From IMG/VR virus record IMGVR_UViG_3300017987_000047: a stretch of DNA of 64,000 bases. One strand, 5' to 3'. A model generated the notes under the pieces. The model saw nothing but the letters and a program-made list of their open reading frames with translations. It ran no database searches and was not told the origin of the DNA. Shown here in pieces: positions 9,381 to 19,543 of this stretch (position 1 is the stretch's first letter; the number at the start of each line of letters is the position of its first letter). A program made the position numbers and the translations under genes. This DNA comes from a virus (taxonomy: Duplodnaviria; Heunggongvirae; Uroviricota; Caudoviricetes).

Positions 9381-9414
9381 AGGCAAAGGCAGCCAACCTT
9401 AGGAAGGGAAACTA

Positions 9415-10371
9415 ATGCTTTTACAAGTCACAGATATTTTACAGAAATTCTTCCCCAAAGTACAACGGGAATATCTTGAAGCACATATTGACGGATGTGC
9501 TGAAGATATGGGGATCATCGGTAAAGCAATAGACCCCGATACTTTGGATGACCTTCTAAAAGAGTCGGCGATTCGGGTTGCGAAGAAATACCCAATAGCG
9601 TCCCAGGATCTTTTTCGATTCGATCCCTTACTAGAAGCAAGAGAAGCAGCAAAGGCAACAGGGGAAAACCCGCATGTCTTTTTCTTTGCGTTTGCAGACT
9701 TAAATCGTTTCTTAAAAACAAATGTGCTGAAGGCTCTAGACGATGTCTCTGAAGAATTCCTTCCCTCTGAATGGGAAAGGGTTTTAAGAAACTTCGGGTT
9801 TGAGTTGGGGTTGGAGTTGCCTTTTGAATGTGAAGGTAAAAAAGATAAACAATGCCTCTGGTACCATCCGAAAGATGGGGTCATCGTAAAATACGATACA
9901 TGGGATAATCAATCAAAGATTAACAGCGCGGAGCTTTGCTTTAATTGGCAGCCCTCAGAAGAAACATGGGAAAAAGGAAATCCTTGGCCCCCAAGTTGCG
10001 GTGGGGGTTTTCGCCACCCCGATGGTGGGCCTAACTTTCGTCGCGAGGACGAAGTTCCAAACGCCGAAATGATTTATGTGGGTTCTATCGACATACGGGA
10101 TGGAATGAGAGTTATTTTAGAGTTCCTCCGGACTAACGGGGCTTTTATTTCTCCCTGGGTTTCTTCCCCTAGTATATACTGGCTCCATTATGGGGACAAA
10201 GACCGTAAGACCGGAAAGTACCCAAAAGAGAGTAGGGTCTGGGGAAACCGCAAAAAACAACTTCCCAAGGAAATGAAGACCATCTTTGAAGAGGCCGAAA
10301 AGAAAGATACTAAAAGAAGAAAACAAAATGAAAAAGAAATGCGTCGCCGTAAAAGATGGTTCTTTTTTTAG
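9415..10371 (+). CDS. hypothetical protein
   Basis: 318-aa ORF with AGGAAGG RBS. Confidence 0.75.
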   Translation: MLLQVTDILQKFFPKVQREYLEAHIDGCAEDMGIIGKAIDPDTLDDLLKESAIRVAKKYPIASQDLFRFDPLLEAREAAKATGENPHVFFFAFADLNRFLKTNVLKALDDVSEEFLPSEWERVLRNFGFELGLELPFECEGKKDKQCLWYHPKDGVIVKYDTWDNQSKINSAELCFNWQPSEETWEKGNPWPPSCGGGFRHPDGGPNFRREDEVPNAEMIYVGSIDIRDGMRVILEFLRTNGAFISPWVSSPSIYWLHYGDKDRKTGKYPKESRVWGNRKKQLPKEMKTIFEEAEKKDTKRRKQNEKEMRRRKRWFFF

Positions 10372-10648
10372 AAGAACCCTTTTTGGGGAAAAGGCCCTCC
10401 AAAGCTTTCTTTTTTACGCAACCGATGAAACCCTTTTATATATCCAAATTGGGGAGGCTACTATTATCTCTAATGTAAGAGGGGGTATTAAAGATTTTTG
10501 GATAGGGCAGATCGAAACTAAACATGGTCTTTCAGAAATTGAAGAGATAAAACCAGAGACCTTGTTGACTAGCGAAAACCTAAGAGTTCGTAAGTATATA
10601 AAAGAAGTCTTAGAAAAAGGCGTTTTCACTTTTATAGAGGAAACCTAG
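10328..10648 (+). CDS. hypothetical protein
   Basis: ORF with LLTSENLRVRKYIK motif; start uncertain. Confidence 0.55.
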   Translation: MKKKCVAVKDGSFFRRTLFGEKALQSFLFYATDETLLYIQIGEATIISNVRGGIKDFWIGQIETKHGLSEIEEIKPETLLTSENLRVRKYIKEVLEKGVFTFIEET

Positions 10649-10649
10649 T

Positions 10650-11060
10650 ATGGGAAAAGTAAAAGTACAATTGAGGCAATTGGCCAGAGAAGGGTTAATT
10701 GATTTATTTCTTAAAGACTTTAATCTTAAAGTAGGGGTATCGAAACATGATATTAGAACTCTTTTTCTTATCTGTGAACATGTCCAAGAACATTTTGAGG
10801 AATTTTACCTCCACATCACGAAAGAGCAACGGAAAATTTTCACGCCCTATATTTGTGAATTCGGAACAATTCTGAAATACCGCAAAGATTTTAGAACGCG
10901 GATTTTGCAAGAGCTAACGGAGGAAGAGGTAAAAAAGAATTTTGATTTTATAACTAACTGGCGGAACCCTCCAACAAAACCTCAGTGGAAAGGATTAATG
11001 AAAAGATTTCCAAAGGTAAAGGAGGAGGTTCAGGCTTTCTTAAAGAAAACTTATAAATAA
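10650..11060 (+). CDS. hypothetical protein
   Basis: 136-aa ORF tightly packed behind previous gene. Confidence 0.65.
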   Translation: MGKVKVQLRQLAREGLIDLFLKDFNLKVGVSKHDIRTLFLICEHVQEHFEEFYLHITKEQRKIFTPYICEFGTILKYRKDFRTRILQELTEEEVKKNFDFITNWRNPPTKPQWKGLMKRFPKVKEEVQAFLKKTYK

Positions 11061-11073
11061 GGATTGTTATTAT

Positions 11074-12138
11074 ATGGCATCTGAAAAAATTCTTACTATA
11101 GACCTAGATGAGTATTTTAAGGAGAAAGAGAATTTTAAGAGGCTAAGGCCGAGAAGGAGATATTATAGCGGGATCGGGGAAACTCCTTTTCGAACAGGGT
11201 GGCTCCAAGCTCTGAGCGAGGATATTGTAGTTCGGGTTGACCTTCACGGTTTGCTTTCTATTTTAGAACATGAGGATTGCTCTTGGCGGCATATTAGAGG
11301 GCTAACAAATCTTTTATTAAAGCATACAGATTTAACTTCTAATCAGGTAGACGTAGTTGTAGACACTTATCTAGGAAAACGTACATCTTTTTTTGAAGAT
11401 AGAAGCCCGCTAGACAAAGAAGTGAGCAACCGGATATCAAAAGCTATCTTTGATAAGCATTTTGATTTTCTTTTGAAACAAATTCCAGAGATTCCAAAGA
11501 AAACCACTCAACGGTTTTTTCATGAGCTTGCAGGGGAAGAACAAAAAATTAAGATCTTTCAAATAGTTGAGGATACCCAACTAAAAACTGAATTTCTAAA
11601 GAAGCTCCCCAAAAAGTATGCCACGGATCAACTAACAAGTAACCTCGTAGACTTACGCCAAGAAGCAAAAGGGATTATCACCGGAAAGAAGGTTAACTTT
11701 GAAAAGAAGCTTAAAACAGCTCTTGGAGAGACCTTTGCGGAGCTTTTTCCGGAAGGAAGCAGGAAAGAAAATTCGTTTGCGGGAGTAACCCTTCCACAAT
11801 CAAGGATTTTCAATAAACATAAGGTGGATGAGATTTTCTTCAGAAAACACAGAGGGGGTGTTTCACAGAAAAAAGACCCTAACCGATTTTATCTCGTAGT
11901 CAAAATTAATTCCAAGTATCGGCAAAGACCTTATCGATTACCATCCACCTACAAATCCCCTGGATTTTATATGGAAAAGACGGGGGAACTAATAAAGCAT
12001 GAGAGAAAGATGGGATACGGAGTTGATATTATTTTATCTTTCCCGAAAACAAGTTGGGATATCTTTAATACTTGGGTAAAAGAGAATCTAAAGTCTTCTA
12101 TATTAGATTGTATTATCCAACCCCGCTCATGGTTTTAG
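11074..12138 (+). CDS. hypothetical protein
   Basis: 354-aa ORF followed by terminator. Confidence 0.75.
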   Translation: MASEKILTIDLDEYFKEKENFKRLRPRRRYYSGIGETPFRTGWLQALSEDIVVRVDLHGLLSILEHEDCSWRHIRGLTNLLLKHTDLTSNQVDVVVDTYLGKRTSFFEDRSPLDKEVSNRISKAIFDKHFDFLLKQIPEIPKKTTQRFFHELAGEEQKIKIFQIVEDTQLKTEFLKKLPKKYATDQLTSNLVDLRQEAKGIITGKKVNFEKKLKTALGETFAELFPEGSRKENSFAGVTLPQSRIFNKHKVDEIFFRKHRGGVSQKKDPNRFYLVVKINSKYRQRPYRLPSTYKSPGFYMEKTGELIKHERKMGYGVDIILSFPKTSWDIFNTWVKENLKSSILDCIIQPRSWF

Positions 12139-12147
12139 GTTTTAATG

Positions 12148-12178
12148 AAAAAAGGAACCGATTTTCGGTTCCTTTTTT
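12148..12178. terminator. bidirectional intrinsic terminator
   Basis: AAAAAAGGAACCGA-TTT-TCGGTTCCTTTTTT between convergent genes. Confidence 0.85.
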
Positions 12179-12194
12179 CTTGGCATTTTTTCCC

Positions 12195-12282
12195 TAAAAA
12201 ACAACTTAATGTTTTTAAGTTACATTAGCAACTAAAATTATATGGGGCCTTGCCCTTAAAATTAAGGCGACTCAAATGTAAA
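12195..12282 (-). repeat. spaced-box element, copy 1 (inverted relative to copy at 58870)
   Basis: Minus strand reads TTTACATTTGAGTC-N19-GGCCCC-N17-AATGTAA-cttAAAAACattAAGTTGTTTTT. Confidence 0.6.
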
Positions 12283-12347
12283 TGGGGCTACAGCGAGGCA
12301 CGTAAAGCAACAAAAAGTTATATATATAAAAGGGTTTCCCTATTGAA

Positions 12348-13325
12348 TTAATCTTCCCTCTTAACTTGTTTTGGTAACTTGTCTTCTCTCATCCCTTTGT
12401 ATACGGGGTGTCTTAATAACCCCTCTGAAGTCCAGTCAAAAAAAACTACCTCGCAAACTTTATTAGGTCTAACCCAAATAGCATTCTTAACCCCCTTAAT
12501 TTCGTTCTTAAAAGGGGATTCATTTTGGGTTAGGGGTCTTAGACTCTTCTCTAACTTTATTCTTTCTTCATTGCTAAACCCAGTTCCAACTTTCCCTGTA
12601 TAGATTAAAGCATCTTCTTCGTAGACCCCCAAGAAAAGGGCTCCGATTCCTTCTTTTTCCTCTGAATCTACTGGGGTATACCCGCCGATAACAAACTCTT
12701 GGCGCCGAGAACACTTCACTTTTAACCAATCTTTAGTTCTTTTTCCAATATAAATTGAATTTATATCTTTTGCGATTATTCCTTCTTCCCCCTTAGAGCA
12801 AACTTGCTCCAGAAGTTTTTCACCGTTTCCTGTAAAGTGTGTTGAATAAAGAATTTGTTCTGTTGGCGAAATGGTTAGAAGTGTTTTTAATTTAGCTTTT
12901 CTTTCAGATAAAGGAAATTTTCTAAGGTCTTCTCCATCTAAATAAAGTAAATCAAAGACGTAGTATCTCAAGCCACTGTAATCTTTTGTTTTAAGAACGT
13001 TTTGTAACGCTTGAAAATCCGATTTCCCTTCTTGTTCAACAATAATTTCTCCATCTAAAATAACAGAGTCTGCTTTAAGCCCTAAAGCGTCTTCTTCTAT
13101 ACTGGGATATCGCTCAGTCCAATCTTTATCGTTTCGTGTTAGCAATTGAATATTTTCGCCATCTTTCCTTAAGACAATTCTGTAACCGTCATATTTCTTT
13201 TCAAAGATCCAATCTTCCCCAACTGGGATTTGTTCGGCAAGGGTTGCTAGTTCTAGCCCTATTTTTCTAGGAACCCCAGCCGCCACATTCTTTGCTATTT
13301 TTCGTAATATATAAGATACTTTCAT
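12348..13325 (-). CDS. LigD-type ATP-dependent DNA ligase (ligase domain only)
   Basis: EKKYDGYR, LDGE, FDLL, EGIIAK, WLKVKC..RQEFVIGGY, GKVGTGF, LRHP. Confidence 0.92.
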   Translation of the reverse strand: MKVSYILRKIAKNVAAGVPRKIGLELATLAEQIPVGEDWIFEKKYDGYRIVLRKDGENIQLLTRNDKDWTERYPSIEEDALGLKADSVILDGEIIVEQEGKSDFQALQNVLKTKDYSGLRYYVFDLLYLDGEDLRKFPLSERKAKLKTLLTISPTEQILYSTHFTGNGEKLLEQVCSKGEEGIIAKDINSIYIGKRTKDWLKVKCSRRQEFVIGGYTPVDSEEKEGIGALFLGVYEEDALIYTGKVGTGFSNEERIKLEKSLRPLTQNESPFKNEIKGVKNAIWVRPNKVCEVVFFDWTSEGLLRHPVYKGMREDKLPKQVKRED

Positions 13326-13450
13326 TTTTTCGCCAGTCTTCAGTTTATATACTATAGTTCGAGTAGTGAAATACTAAAAGAAACTATCGTTTTTTCAAAA
13401 AAAGTCATTATATTTAATATATAGACCCTAAACTCTACTAGGAGATTAAA

Positions 13451-13792
13451 GTGGCCGTTGGGTTTATTATAGTAGCCGGAAGCCTGTTGTTCGCCCTAGC
13501 TCTTTTACTTAGGCACTATATTTCGATTCGAACACTAACTGTAATCCGTGCTGTGAGAGAGTTAAAGGAATATAAGATTACGATAAAAAGTTTTTCTTTC
13601 CCGGCTAAAACTTATCGTAGCTATGGCATGCGCATACCTCGTGACGATGAAATGAAATGGTGTGATATTAGATATAGAGAAGTTGATCCTGCTTCTTTTC
13701 TTTATAGTTACCTTAGTGCGTGTGCGGACGCGCTAGACATTAAAGAAGAATTAGAAGCACGGGGGCTTAAAAAAGATGAAAAGAATTACTAG
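13451..13792 (+). CDS. hypothetical membrane-anchored protein
   Basis: GGAG RBS, GTG start, N-terminal hydrophobic helix. Confidence 0.6.
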   Translation: MAVGFIIVAGSLLFALALLLRHYISIRTLTVIRAVRELKEYKITIKSFSFPAKTYRSYGMRIPRDDEMKWCDIRYREVDPASFLYSYLSACADALDIKEELEARGLKKDEKNY

Positions 13793-14249
13793 AGGGGAAC
13801 AAGTTGAAATCGAAGATCCCCAAAAAGGGAACTTGAGTAGATTCCTAACATCTCAAAACCCAAAGGTACGAAACCATGTTGCTGCGATGCTTGGGTTAAA
13901 GATCTCAGGTATCGTGTATAAACAATTAGAATTTTATGTTGAGGAGATTCACGATCTTGAAAAGAAAAAGAAAAGAACTAGAACTTCCTTTAGAATAACT
14001 TTAATTAAGGAGGAGATTAAACTAAAAATTCTATTTACCGAAACCGGGGCGGAGACAGAAGTTTTTTTCTACTACCTTTTTGCTAAGGAATCGTTACCTT
14101 ATATTGAACAAGCTAGTTCTCTGAAACTGCTTCTCCCAAAAATTAAAAGCATTTTCGATAAAGAAATCGATATTGCTGCCCTCAAACAAAAGATTACCAA
14201 AAGGCTTCTAAAAGAGGTGAACAATGCTAGGACGTCAAGACAGGCTTAA
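13776..14249 (+). CDS. hypothetical protein
   Basis: 157-aa ORF; FLTSQNPKVRNHVA motif near N-terminus. Confidence 0.6.
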   Translation: MKRITRGEQVEIEDPQKGNLSRFLTSQNPKVRNHVAAMLGLKISGIVYKQLEFYVEEIHDLEKKKKRTRTSFRITLIKEEIKLKILFTETGAETEVFFYYLFAKESLPYIEQASSLKLLLPKIKSIFDKEIDIAALKQKITKRLLKEVNNARTSRQA

Positions 14250-15702
14250 CCGACTCAATAAGATTGTAGAATCCGGGGATACCCCATATAAAGATCAGTT
14301 CACAAGAACCCACAGCCTAGAAGAGGCAGGCACGTTAGAGGATGGATTGGAAAACGTAGCTCTGGCAGGCCGAGTTATCCTTAAGAGAAATCAAGGGAAG
14401 CTCTTGTTTGGGCAGATTCAAGATTTCTATGGCCGCATTCAATTTTCAATTAAGGCCAACACTCTTAGTAAAGAAGTTATTAAGGCTTTTGATAAGACTA
14501 TTGATCTTGGGGATATTGTCGGCATTAGGGGAACGATGTGGACTACCCAGAGAGGCCAAAAGACTCTTGATGTCCACGACTATTCTCTTTTAACAAAGGC
14601 TATTAACCCTCAGCCTGAAAAGTGGCATGGCGTCCAAGACCAAGAACTTGCCTACCGTAAGCGGTATCTTGATCTTAGTGCTGCGGGTAATGATGAAAGC
14701 CGAAAACGTTTTAAGGTGGCTCTCGCTATCCCAAAGATAATCAGGGATAATCTAGAGCAGGCAGGGTTTATTGAAACGCCGACGCCAATCCTTGTCCCCA
14801 TAGCAAGTGGCGCCGCAGCCAACCCATTTCAAACCCACCACGATAAACTGGATATTCCCCTATATTTACGAATCGCGCCGGAAACATATTTGAAAAGACT
14901 TTTGATTGCCGGCTTTCCAAAGGTTTATGAACTTGGGCGTTGCTTTAGAAATGAAGGAATGTCTACCGAGCATCTCCAAGAATTTCAAATGGTAGAAGTT
15001 TATGATGCGTATTCAAACTATAAGGACACAATGAGGTATGTAGAAAACCTTGTTAAAAATATAGTACTTAATGTTTGTAACTCTTATAAATTTACCTTCC
15101 GTGGGAAAGATTATAACTTGGAGGGTAAGTTTGAAGAGGTCGATTACGTTTCTGCGGTAGAAGAGGCTACTGGGATTAATGTTTTAGAATATGATAGCTT
15201 CCAAGAGCTTTGGGGAGCCATTTCCGAGAAGAAGGGGGAAAGTTTTGCTACGGAACTACATCCCCCAGAACATATTGTGGGACTGGGGACTTTAATTGAC
15301 CTCTTATATAAGAAAACTGTTCGGCCTAACATCATGGGCCCTGCTTTTCTTATTGGTCACCCTGCTGCTGTTTCTCCCCTAGCAAGACAGAATGGCACTA
15401 ATCCTAAAATTGCTGATCGCTACCAATTAATTATTGGTGGGATTGAAGTTATAAATGGTTATTCAGAGCTCGCAGACCCACAGGAACAAGCAGCAAAGTT
15501 TGAAGAACAAGCAAAAGTTTCCGCTACTGATAACGAAGCGATAAGCGCCGAAGATTCTTTTGTGGAAGCTTTGACCTATGGTATGCCTCCCGCTAGTGGC
15601 TGGGGGATGGGCATTGAACGCCTAGCGATGATTCTAACAGACGCTCCCAGTATTCGGGATGTGGTTTTGTTCCCTACAATGAAGCCGGAAGAAAAGGGTT
15701 AG
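14224..15702 (+). CDS. lysS: lysine--tRNA ligase (class II)
   Basis: OB anticodon domain, GAAANPF, LRIAPETYLKRL, motif 2 FRNEG, motif 3 YGMPPASGWGMGIERL. Confidence 0.95.
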   Translation: MLGRQDRLNRLNKIVESGDTPYKDQFTRTHSLEEAGTLEDGLENVALAGRVILKRNQGKLLFGQIQDFYGRIQFSIKANTLSKEVIKAFDKTIDLGDIVGIRGTMWTTQRGQKTLDVHDYSLLTKAINPQPEKWHGVQDQELAYRKRYLDLSAAGNDESRKRFKVALAIPKIIRDNLEQAGFIETPTPILVPIASGAAANPFQTHHDKLDIPLYLRIAPETYLKRLLIAGFPKVYELGRCFRNEGMSTEHLQEFQMVEVYDAYSNYKDTMRYVENLVKNIVLNVCNSYKFTFRGKDYNLEGKFEEVDYVSAVEEATGINVLEYDSFQELWGAISEKKGESFATELHPPEHIVGLGTLIDLLYKKTVRPNIMGPAFLIGHPAAVSPLARQNGTNPKIADRYQLIIGGIEVINGYSELADPQEQAAKFEEQAKVSATDNEAISAEDSFVEALTYGMPPASGWGMGIERLAMILTDAPSIRDVVLFPTMKPEEKG

Positions 15703-15707
15703 AGACA

Positions 15708-16565
15708 ATGCGAGAAATTATCATACTTTCCGGGTTACCTGCAAGTGGAAAATCAACCTGGGCAAAACATATGGTCAAGGAAAACCCAGGGGTCTATAAA
15801 AGGATTAATAAAGACGACCTCCGGAAAATGCTGGACTGCAGCAAATGGTCAAAAAAGAATGAGCAGTTTATATTAAAGACTCGGGACTTCCTGATCAAAG
15901 CCGCTTTAGAAGACGGTTGGAAAGTTCTCGTCGATGATACAAATTTCAGCAAAAAACATTTTAGAAGGATTGAGCAATTAGCCAAGTCCATTGATCGCAA
16001 CATTCCGGTTACGGTCAAAACTTTTGATTGTTTGCCGACCGAAAGTATTAAAAGAGACGCAAACAGAGAAGCGAGTGTTGGCGAGAGCGTTATTAAAAGA
16101 ATGCATCAACAATTTGTTGTCCCCAGCATACAAAAGTTAGAGCAGGACGAGACCTTAGATAAAGCGATTATTTCTGATATCGATGGGACGTTAGCAATTG
16201 TTACCGATCGCAGCCCATACGACACAGCATTATGTGGACAAGACAAATTAAACGTTGACGTTGCTACAATTTTAACAATATATAAAGCAGCCGGGTATAA
16301 GATTTTACTTGTTACGGGTAGAGAAGATAGATACCGCCCACAGACAGAAGAATGGCTAGAAAAACATAACATTGAATACGGTAATCTTTGGATGCGGAAA
16401 ACAAGGGACCGTAGAAAAGATTACGACGTTAAGAAAGAAATCTACTATAGTCATATTAATGGTCGGTACTACGTCCAGTTTATTCTAGATGACCGAGACC
16501 AAGTTGTTGATTTCTGGAGAGCTACTGGCCTATCCTGCTTCCAAGTAAACTATGGATATTTCTAG
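15708..16565 (+). CDS. pseT: polynucleotide 5'-kinase/3'-phosphatase (T4 PseT-like)
   Basis: P-loop GLPASGKST, RINKDD, HAD DIDGT, TGR, DDRDQVV. Confidence 0.92.
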   Translation: MREIIILSGLPASGKSTWAKHMVKENPGVYKRINKDDLRKMLDCSKWSKKNEQFILKTRDFLIKAALEDGWKVLVDDTNFSKKHFRRIEQLAKSIDRNIPVTVKTFDCLPTESIKRDANREASVGESVIKRMHQQFVVPSIQKLEQDETLDKAIISDIDGTLAIVTDRSPYDTALCGQDKLNVDVATILTIYKAAGYKILLVTGREDRYRPQTEEWLEKHNIEYGNLWMRKTRDRRKDYDVKKEIYYSHINGRYYVQFILDDRDQVVDFWRATGLSCFQVNYGYF

Positions 16566-16573
16566 GAATACCC

Positions 16574-17029
16574 ATGAATAGGCACCTCTTAAAATATCTG
16601 ACCTGTAACAGCCCTCTTTTAAGAAATTGGGTTAAAGAGAGAATTTATAGGGAAGATATTAGATTTGAAGTTATTGAAGGGGATATCGAATATGTCCCCG
16701 AAGAGACTCAATACGTTCGTGGAGAAATTGATATTACTGGTAGAAGACTTAAAAAGATAGATAGAAAAGTAATTTTTTGTGAGTTCCTGTTTTGTTGGAA
16801 TAACCAATTGTCTGAGCTTCCGGAATTACCTGTTTGTAGGTTATTAATTTGTTCAAGCAACCGACTGACTCGACTTCCGGAATTGCCTGTTTGTGAAAGC
16901 TTGATTTGCCACCATAATCAATTAGCATCCCTTCCTCGGCTGCCCGTTTGTACACATTTGGATTGTTCAGATAATAGGTTACCTGCTGGGTTATCCTTTT
17001 CAAAAAATGAAAACAATTTATCGCGTTAG
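16574..17029 (+). CDS. leucine-rich repeat protein
   Basis: Repeats of LxxLPxLPVCxxLxCxxNxL; N-terminal YLTCNSPLLRNWVK. Confidence 0.85.
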   Translation: MNRHLLKYLTCNSPLLRNWVKERIYREDIRFEVIEGDIEYVPEETQYVRGEIDITGRRLKKIDRKVIFCEFLFCWNNQLSELPELPVCRLLICSSNRLTRLPELPVCESLICHHNQLASLPRLPVCTHLDCSDNRLPAGLSFSKNENNLSR

Positions 17030-17402
17030 TCTGTACCAAGAACTGGATTTTAAGGCTAGGGAAACTTTCTTGTTTGAATGTTTGCCCGACCTTGATGAAC
17101 TATTACTATTCCTCCTTGATTTCATTTCCAAGTCTTTCTTCTACAAAGCCGAATTTTTACAGCTTATTCGGTACAAAAAAGAATTTCACAGCTTGTCTGG
17201 GGTTGGACAAATCGAGATGGAAGTTTGGGTGGACCCTTTGGAAAAAGAAAAGAAACCTTGGCGTTGTTTAATCCGGGCTTCAATCTCAGAAGTATCTTTC
17301 ACCCCCCTGGAAAGAAAAGAAACCTATTTAACTAACAAAAATTCAGAAGTAAGGTCATTAGCAAAAAACCTAAGTCAAAAGGCAGACCGCGATGAGGGAT
17401 AA
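17007..17402 (+). CDS. hypothetical protein
   Basis: 131-aa ORF; C-terminal YLTNKNSEVRSLAK. Confidence 0.65.
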   Translation: MKTIYRVSLYQELDFKARETFLFECLPDLDELLLFLLDFISKSFFYKAEFLQLIRYKKEFHSLSGVGQIEMEVWVDPLEKEKKPWRCLIRASISEVSFTPLERKETYLTNKNSEVRSLAKNLSQKADRDEG

Positions 17403-17796
17403 ACATATAAATGCTTTACCGAATGGGCAATTCGAGCTTGCAGATGAATACGTTATCAACTTCGAAGCGGAAACCCATGCTTCGTATAAAAGGTTATCTC
17501 GTTGCCAACTTTATTTTGTTATCTTCGTTTTTATAAACCTCATGCTTGCATTAGTTTCCTATCTATTCGGTATCTTCTGGCTTGTTATGAGCACAATTAC
17601 TTTATGTGTTTTCGAAAAAAAGGAGCGGGGACTTAAAAAAAGAAATGCAGACCGATTAAGAATGTTTGGGGATTCAGATTACGCCCTAACCCAAGCTTTA
17701 CCTTCCCTCGGCTTAAAGTATAAAGAAGTAACAAAATCTTTATTAACGCATCCTAGTAAAGAAGTTAGAAAAACAGCAAAGAAAGTTTTAAGTTAA
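17392..17796 (+). CDS. hypothetical membrane protein
   Basis: Hydrophobic segment; C-terminal LLTHPSKEVRKTAK. Confidence 0.65.
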   Translation: MRDKHINALPNGQFELADEYVINFEAETHASYKRLSRCQLYFVIFVFINLMLALVSYLFGIFWLVMSTITLCVFEKKERGLKKRNADRLRMFGDSDYALTQALPSLGLKYKEVTKSLLTHPSKEVRKTAKKVLS

Positions 17797-17797
17797 A

Positions 17798-18376
17798 ATG
17801 ATATTCTTTACCGCGGATTGTCATTTCTTCCACGCAAACATAATTAAATATTGTAAACGCCCATTCTCTTCCGTCGAAGAGATGAACAAAACGCTTATTG
17901 CGAATTGGAATTCAGTCGTTCGCCCCAGCGATTCAATCTATATCTTGGGCGACTTTGCATTTCAAGGACATACTAAAATTCTTCCTAAGTTAAATGGAAC
18001 CAAATTCTTTATCTTTGGTAACCACGATAAGCGCAGGGAGGTTAGGAAAGCGCAGGATGAAAATTTATTGGAATGGGCACGGGAAAGTTATGGACTAAAG
18101 TGGGAAAATAAATTCTTTGAACTTTGCCATTACCCCATGAGATCTTGGAATAGGAAATTCCATGGGGCTATTCATCTCTATGGGCACACACATGCCACTC
18201 TCCCCCCTTACGATTTATCTTTTGATGTCGGAGTAGATGCGTGGGATTATTACCCAATTAGCATTACACAGGTCATACAAGTTGCAGATAAACTAGAAGA
18301 ACACCTAAAGGCACAGCCCCGAAATGATGGTTTGCCTTCCCCAAGTTGGAGTGGGAATGAATTTTTAGATGGATAA
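17798..18376 (+). CDS. calcineurin-like metallophosphoesterase
   Basis: ADCH, LGDF, GNHD, CHYP, GHTH. Confidence 0.9.
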   Translation: MIFFTADCHFFHANIIKYCKRPFSSVEEMNKTLIANWNSVVRPSDSIYILGDFAFQGHTKILPKLNGTKFFIFGNHDKRREVRKAQDENLLEWARESYGLKWENKFFELCHYPMRSWNRKFHGAIHLYGHTHATLPPYDLSFDVGVDAWDYYPISITQVIQVADKLEEHLKAQPRNDGLPSPSWSGNEFLDG

Positions 18377-18899
18377 GTTAAACGATTACTTTAAGAGCCT
18401 TCAACCCAAGGACATTGATTATTCCTTTGGAAAATTAGAACTAAGGGGGAAAGGCTTTGAAATTCCTTTCGATAATAATTTTCGAAACCACCTTGGCCCC
18501 CAGGCCAAAGAACGGGTATATGCTCTTGAACTTGTTTTCCCAGATTTTAAGTGGGAACGGGTATATGTGATAATCGAAACAAACAAAAAGAAATTTAACT
18601 GGAAAAAGCTTCGCGAAGATTCCCGAACATATTATAAATACGTTATAGTAGGGCAAACAAAACAGGGAGAGACCCTTCAATACGAAAAAACTAATCCATA
18701 TTTTAGGCTTCTTAAAAATGGGGAGAGGGAAGCTAAGGATAAAACCTTTCTTTTAGTTCTCCCTGCCATAGAGGCTATTCGCCAAATTAAGGAGTTTGGC
18801 CATAAAAAAACAAAACTAAAACGTTGGCTAACCTCCAATAACAGATATCTTCGAATATTGGCTAAAAAGAAATTAGAAGGGGTTTGGCATGGAATCTGA
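18369..18899 (+). CDS. hypothetical protein
   Basis: 176-aa ORF; C-terminal WLTSNNRYLRILAK. Confidence 0.65.
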   Translation: MDKLNDYFKSLQPKDIDYSFGKLELRGKGFEIPFDNNFRNHLGPQAKERVYALELVFPDFKWERVYVIIETNKKKFNWKKLREDSRTYYKYVIVGQTKQGETLQYEKTNPYFRLLKNGEREAKDKTFLLVLPAIEAIRQIKEFGHKKTKLKRWLTSNNRYLRILAKKKLEGVWHGI

Positions 18900-19221
18900 A
18901 TTAGCCCAACATCTCACCTCAGCCTGCCCACTTATACGGAAACTAGCGAAAAATGCGTCTCAAATAGATGGAATCAAGCATCTTTGTCTTGAAAATTATG
19001 CTTGTCGAATCCTATACCTTTTTGAGTATAAAGGGTATGAGTTCGAAACTTGGTATTTTGATCCTGCCGTTTATGGACGCTTTTCTTATTTGTACGAATT
19101 TAGACTTCGAAAAGCTGGTTCTCCCATTTCGGTGAGAACCGAAAAGACTAACGATAGTTCTAAAATGCTGAACGCTATCCTCCAGGCTATAGAATTTGTT
19201 AAGGAGAATCTAAGTGCCTAA
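18889..19221 (+). CDS. hypothetical protein
   Basis: 110-aa ORF; N-terminal HLTSACPLIRKLAK. Confidence 0.65.
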   Translation: MESELAQHLTSACPLIRKLAKNASQIDGIKHLCLENYACRILYLFEYKGYEFETWYFDPAVYGRFSYLYEFRLRKAGSPISVRTEKTNDSSKMLNAILQAIEFVKENLSA

Positions 19222-19543
19222 AGAAATTATTCACATTATTTATAGCTGTAGTCAATGCCCCTATCTATTATCAAATCTTGAAGAGTTTGAATCCCAAGCA
19301 CATATAAAAGTTAATTTCAGTTGTAAACTGACATCTAAATATTTAGCATCCCAGCTAGTTTTAGTGAAGCAGAAAGAAGGGGTTCCCAGTATCGAACCCG
19401 CAGGAGACCTTACAAATGGAACTCATCCCTCATGCCCCCTTCCAGACCATACTCCAGAACGAACCACAGAGAAAATAAGACTTTCGGCTGCTCCTACAGA
19501 AGCAGCCTTGGATATACCGAAGAGAAAAAATGAAAACAGTTGA
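19214..19543 (+). CDS. hypothetical protein
   Basis: GGAG RBS, GTG start, overlaps neighbours. Confidence 0.55.
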   Translation: MPKEIIHIIYSCSQCPYLLSNLEEFESQAHIKVNFSCKLTSKYLASQLVLVKQKEGVPSIEPAGDLTNGTHPSCPLPDHTPERTTEKIRLSAAPTEAALDIPKRKNENS

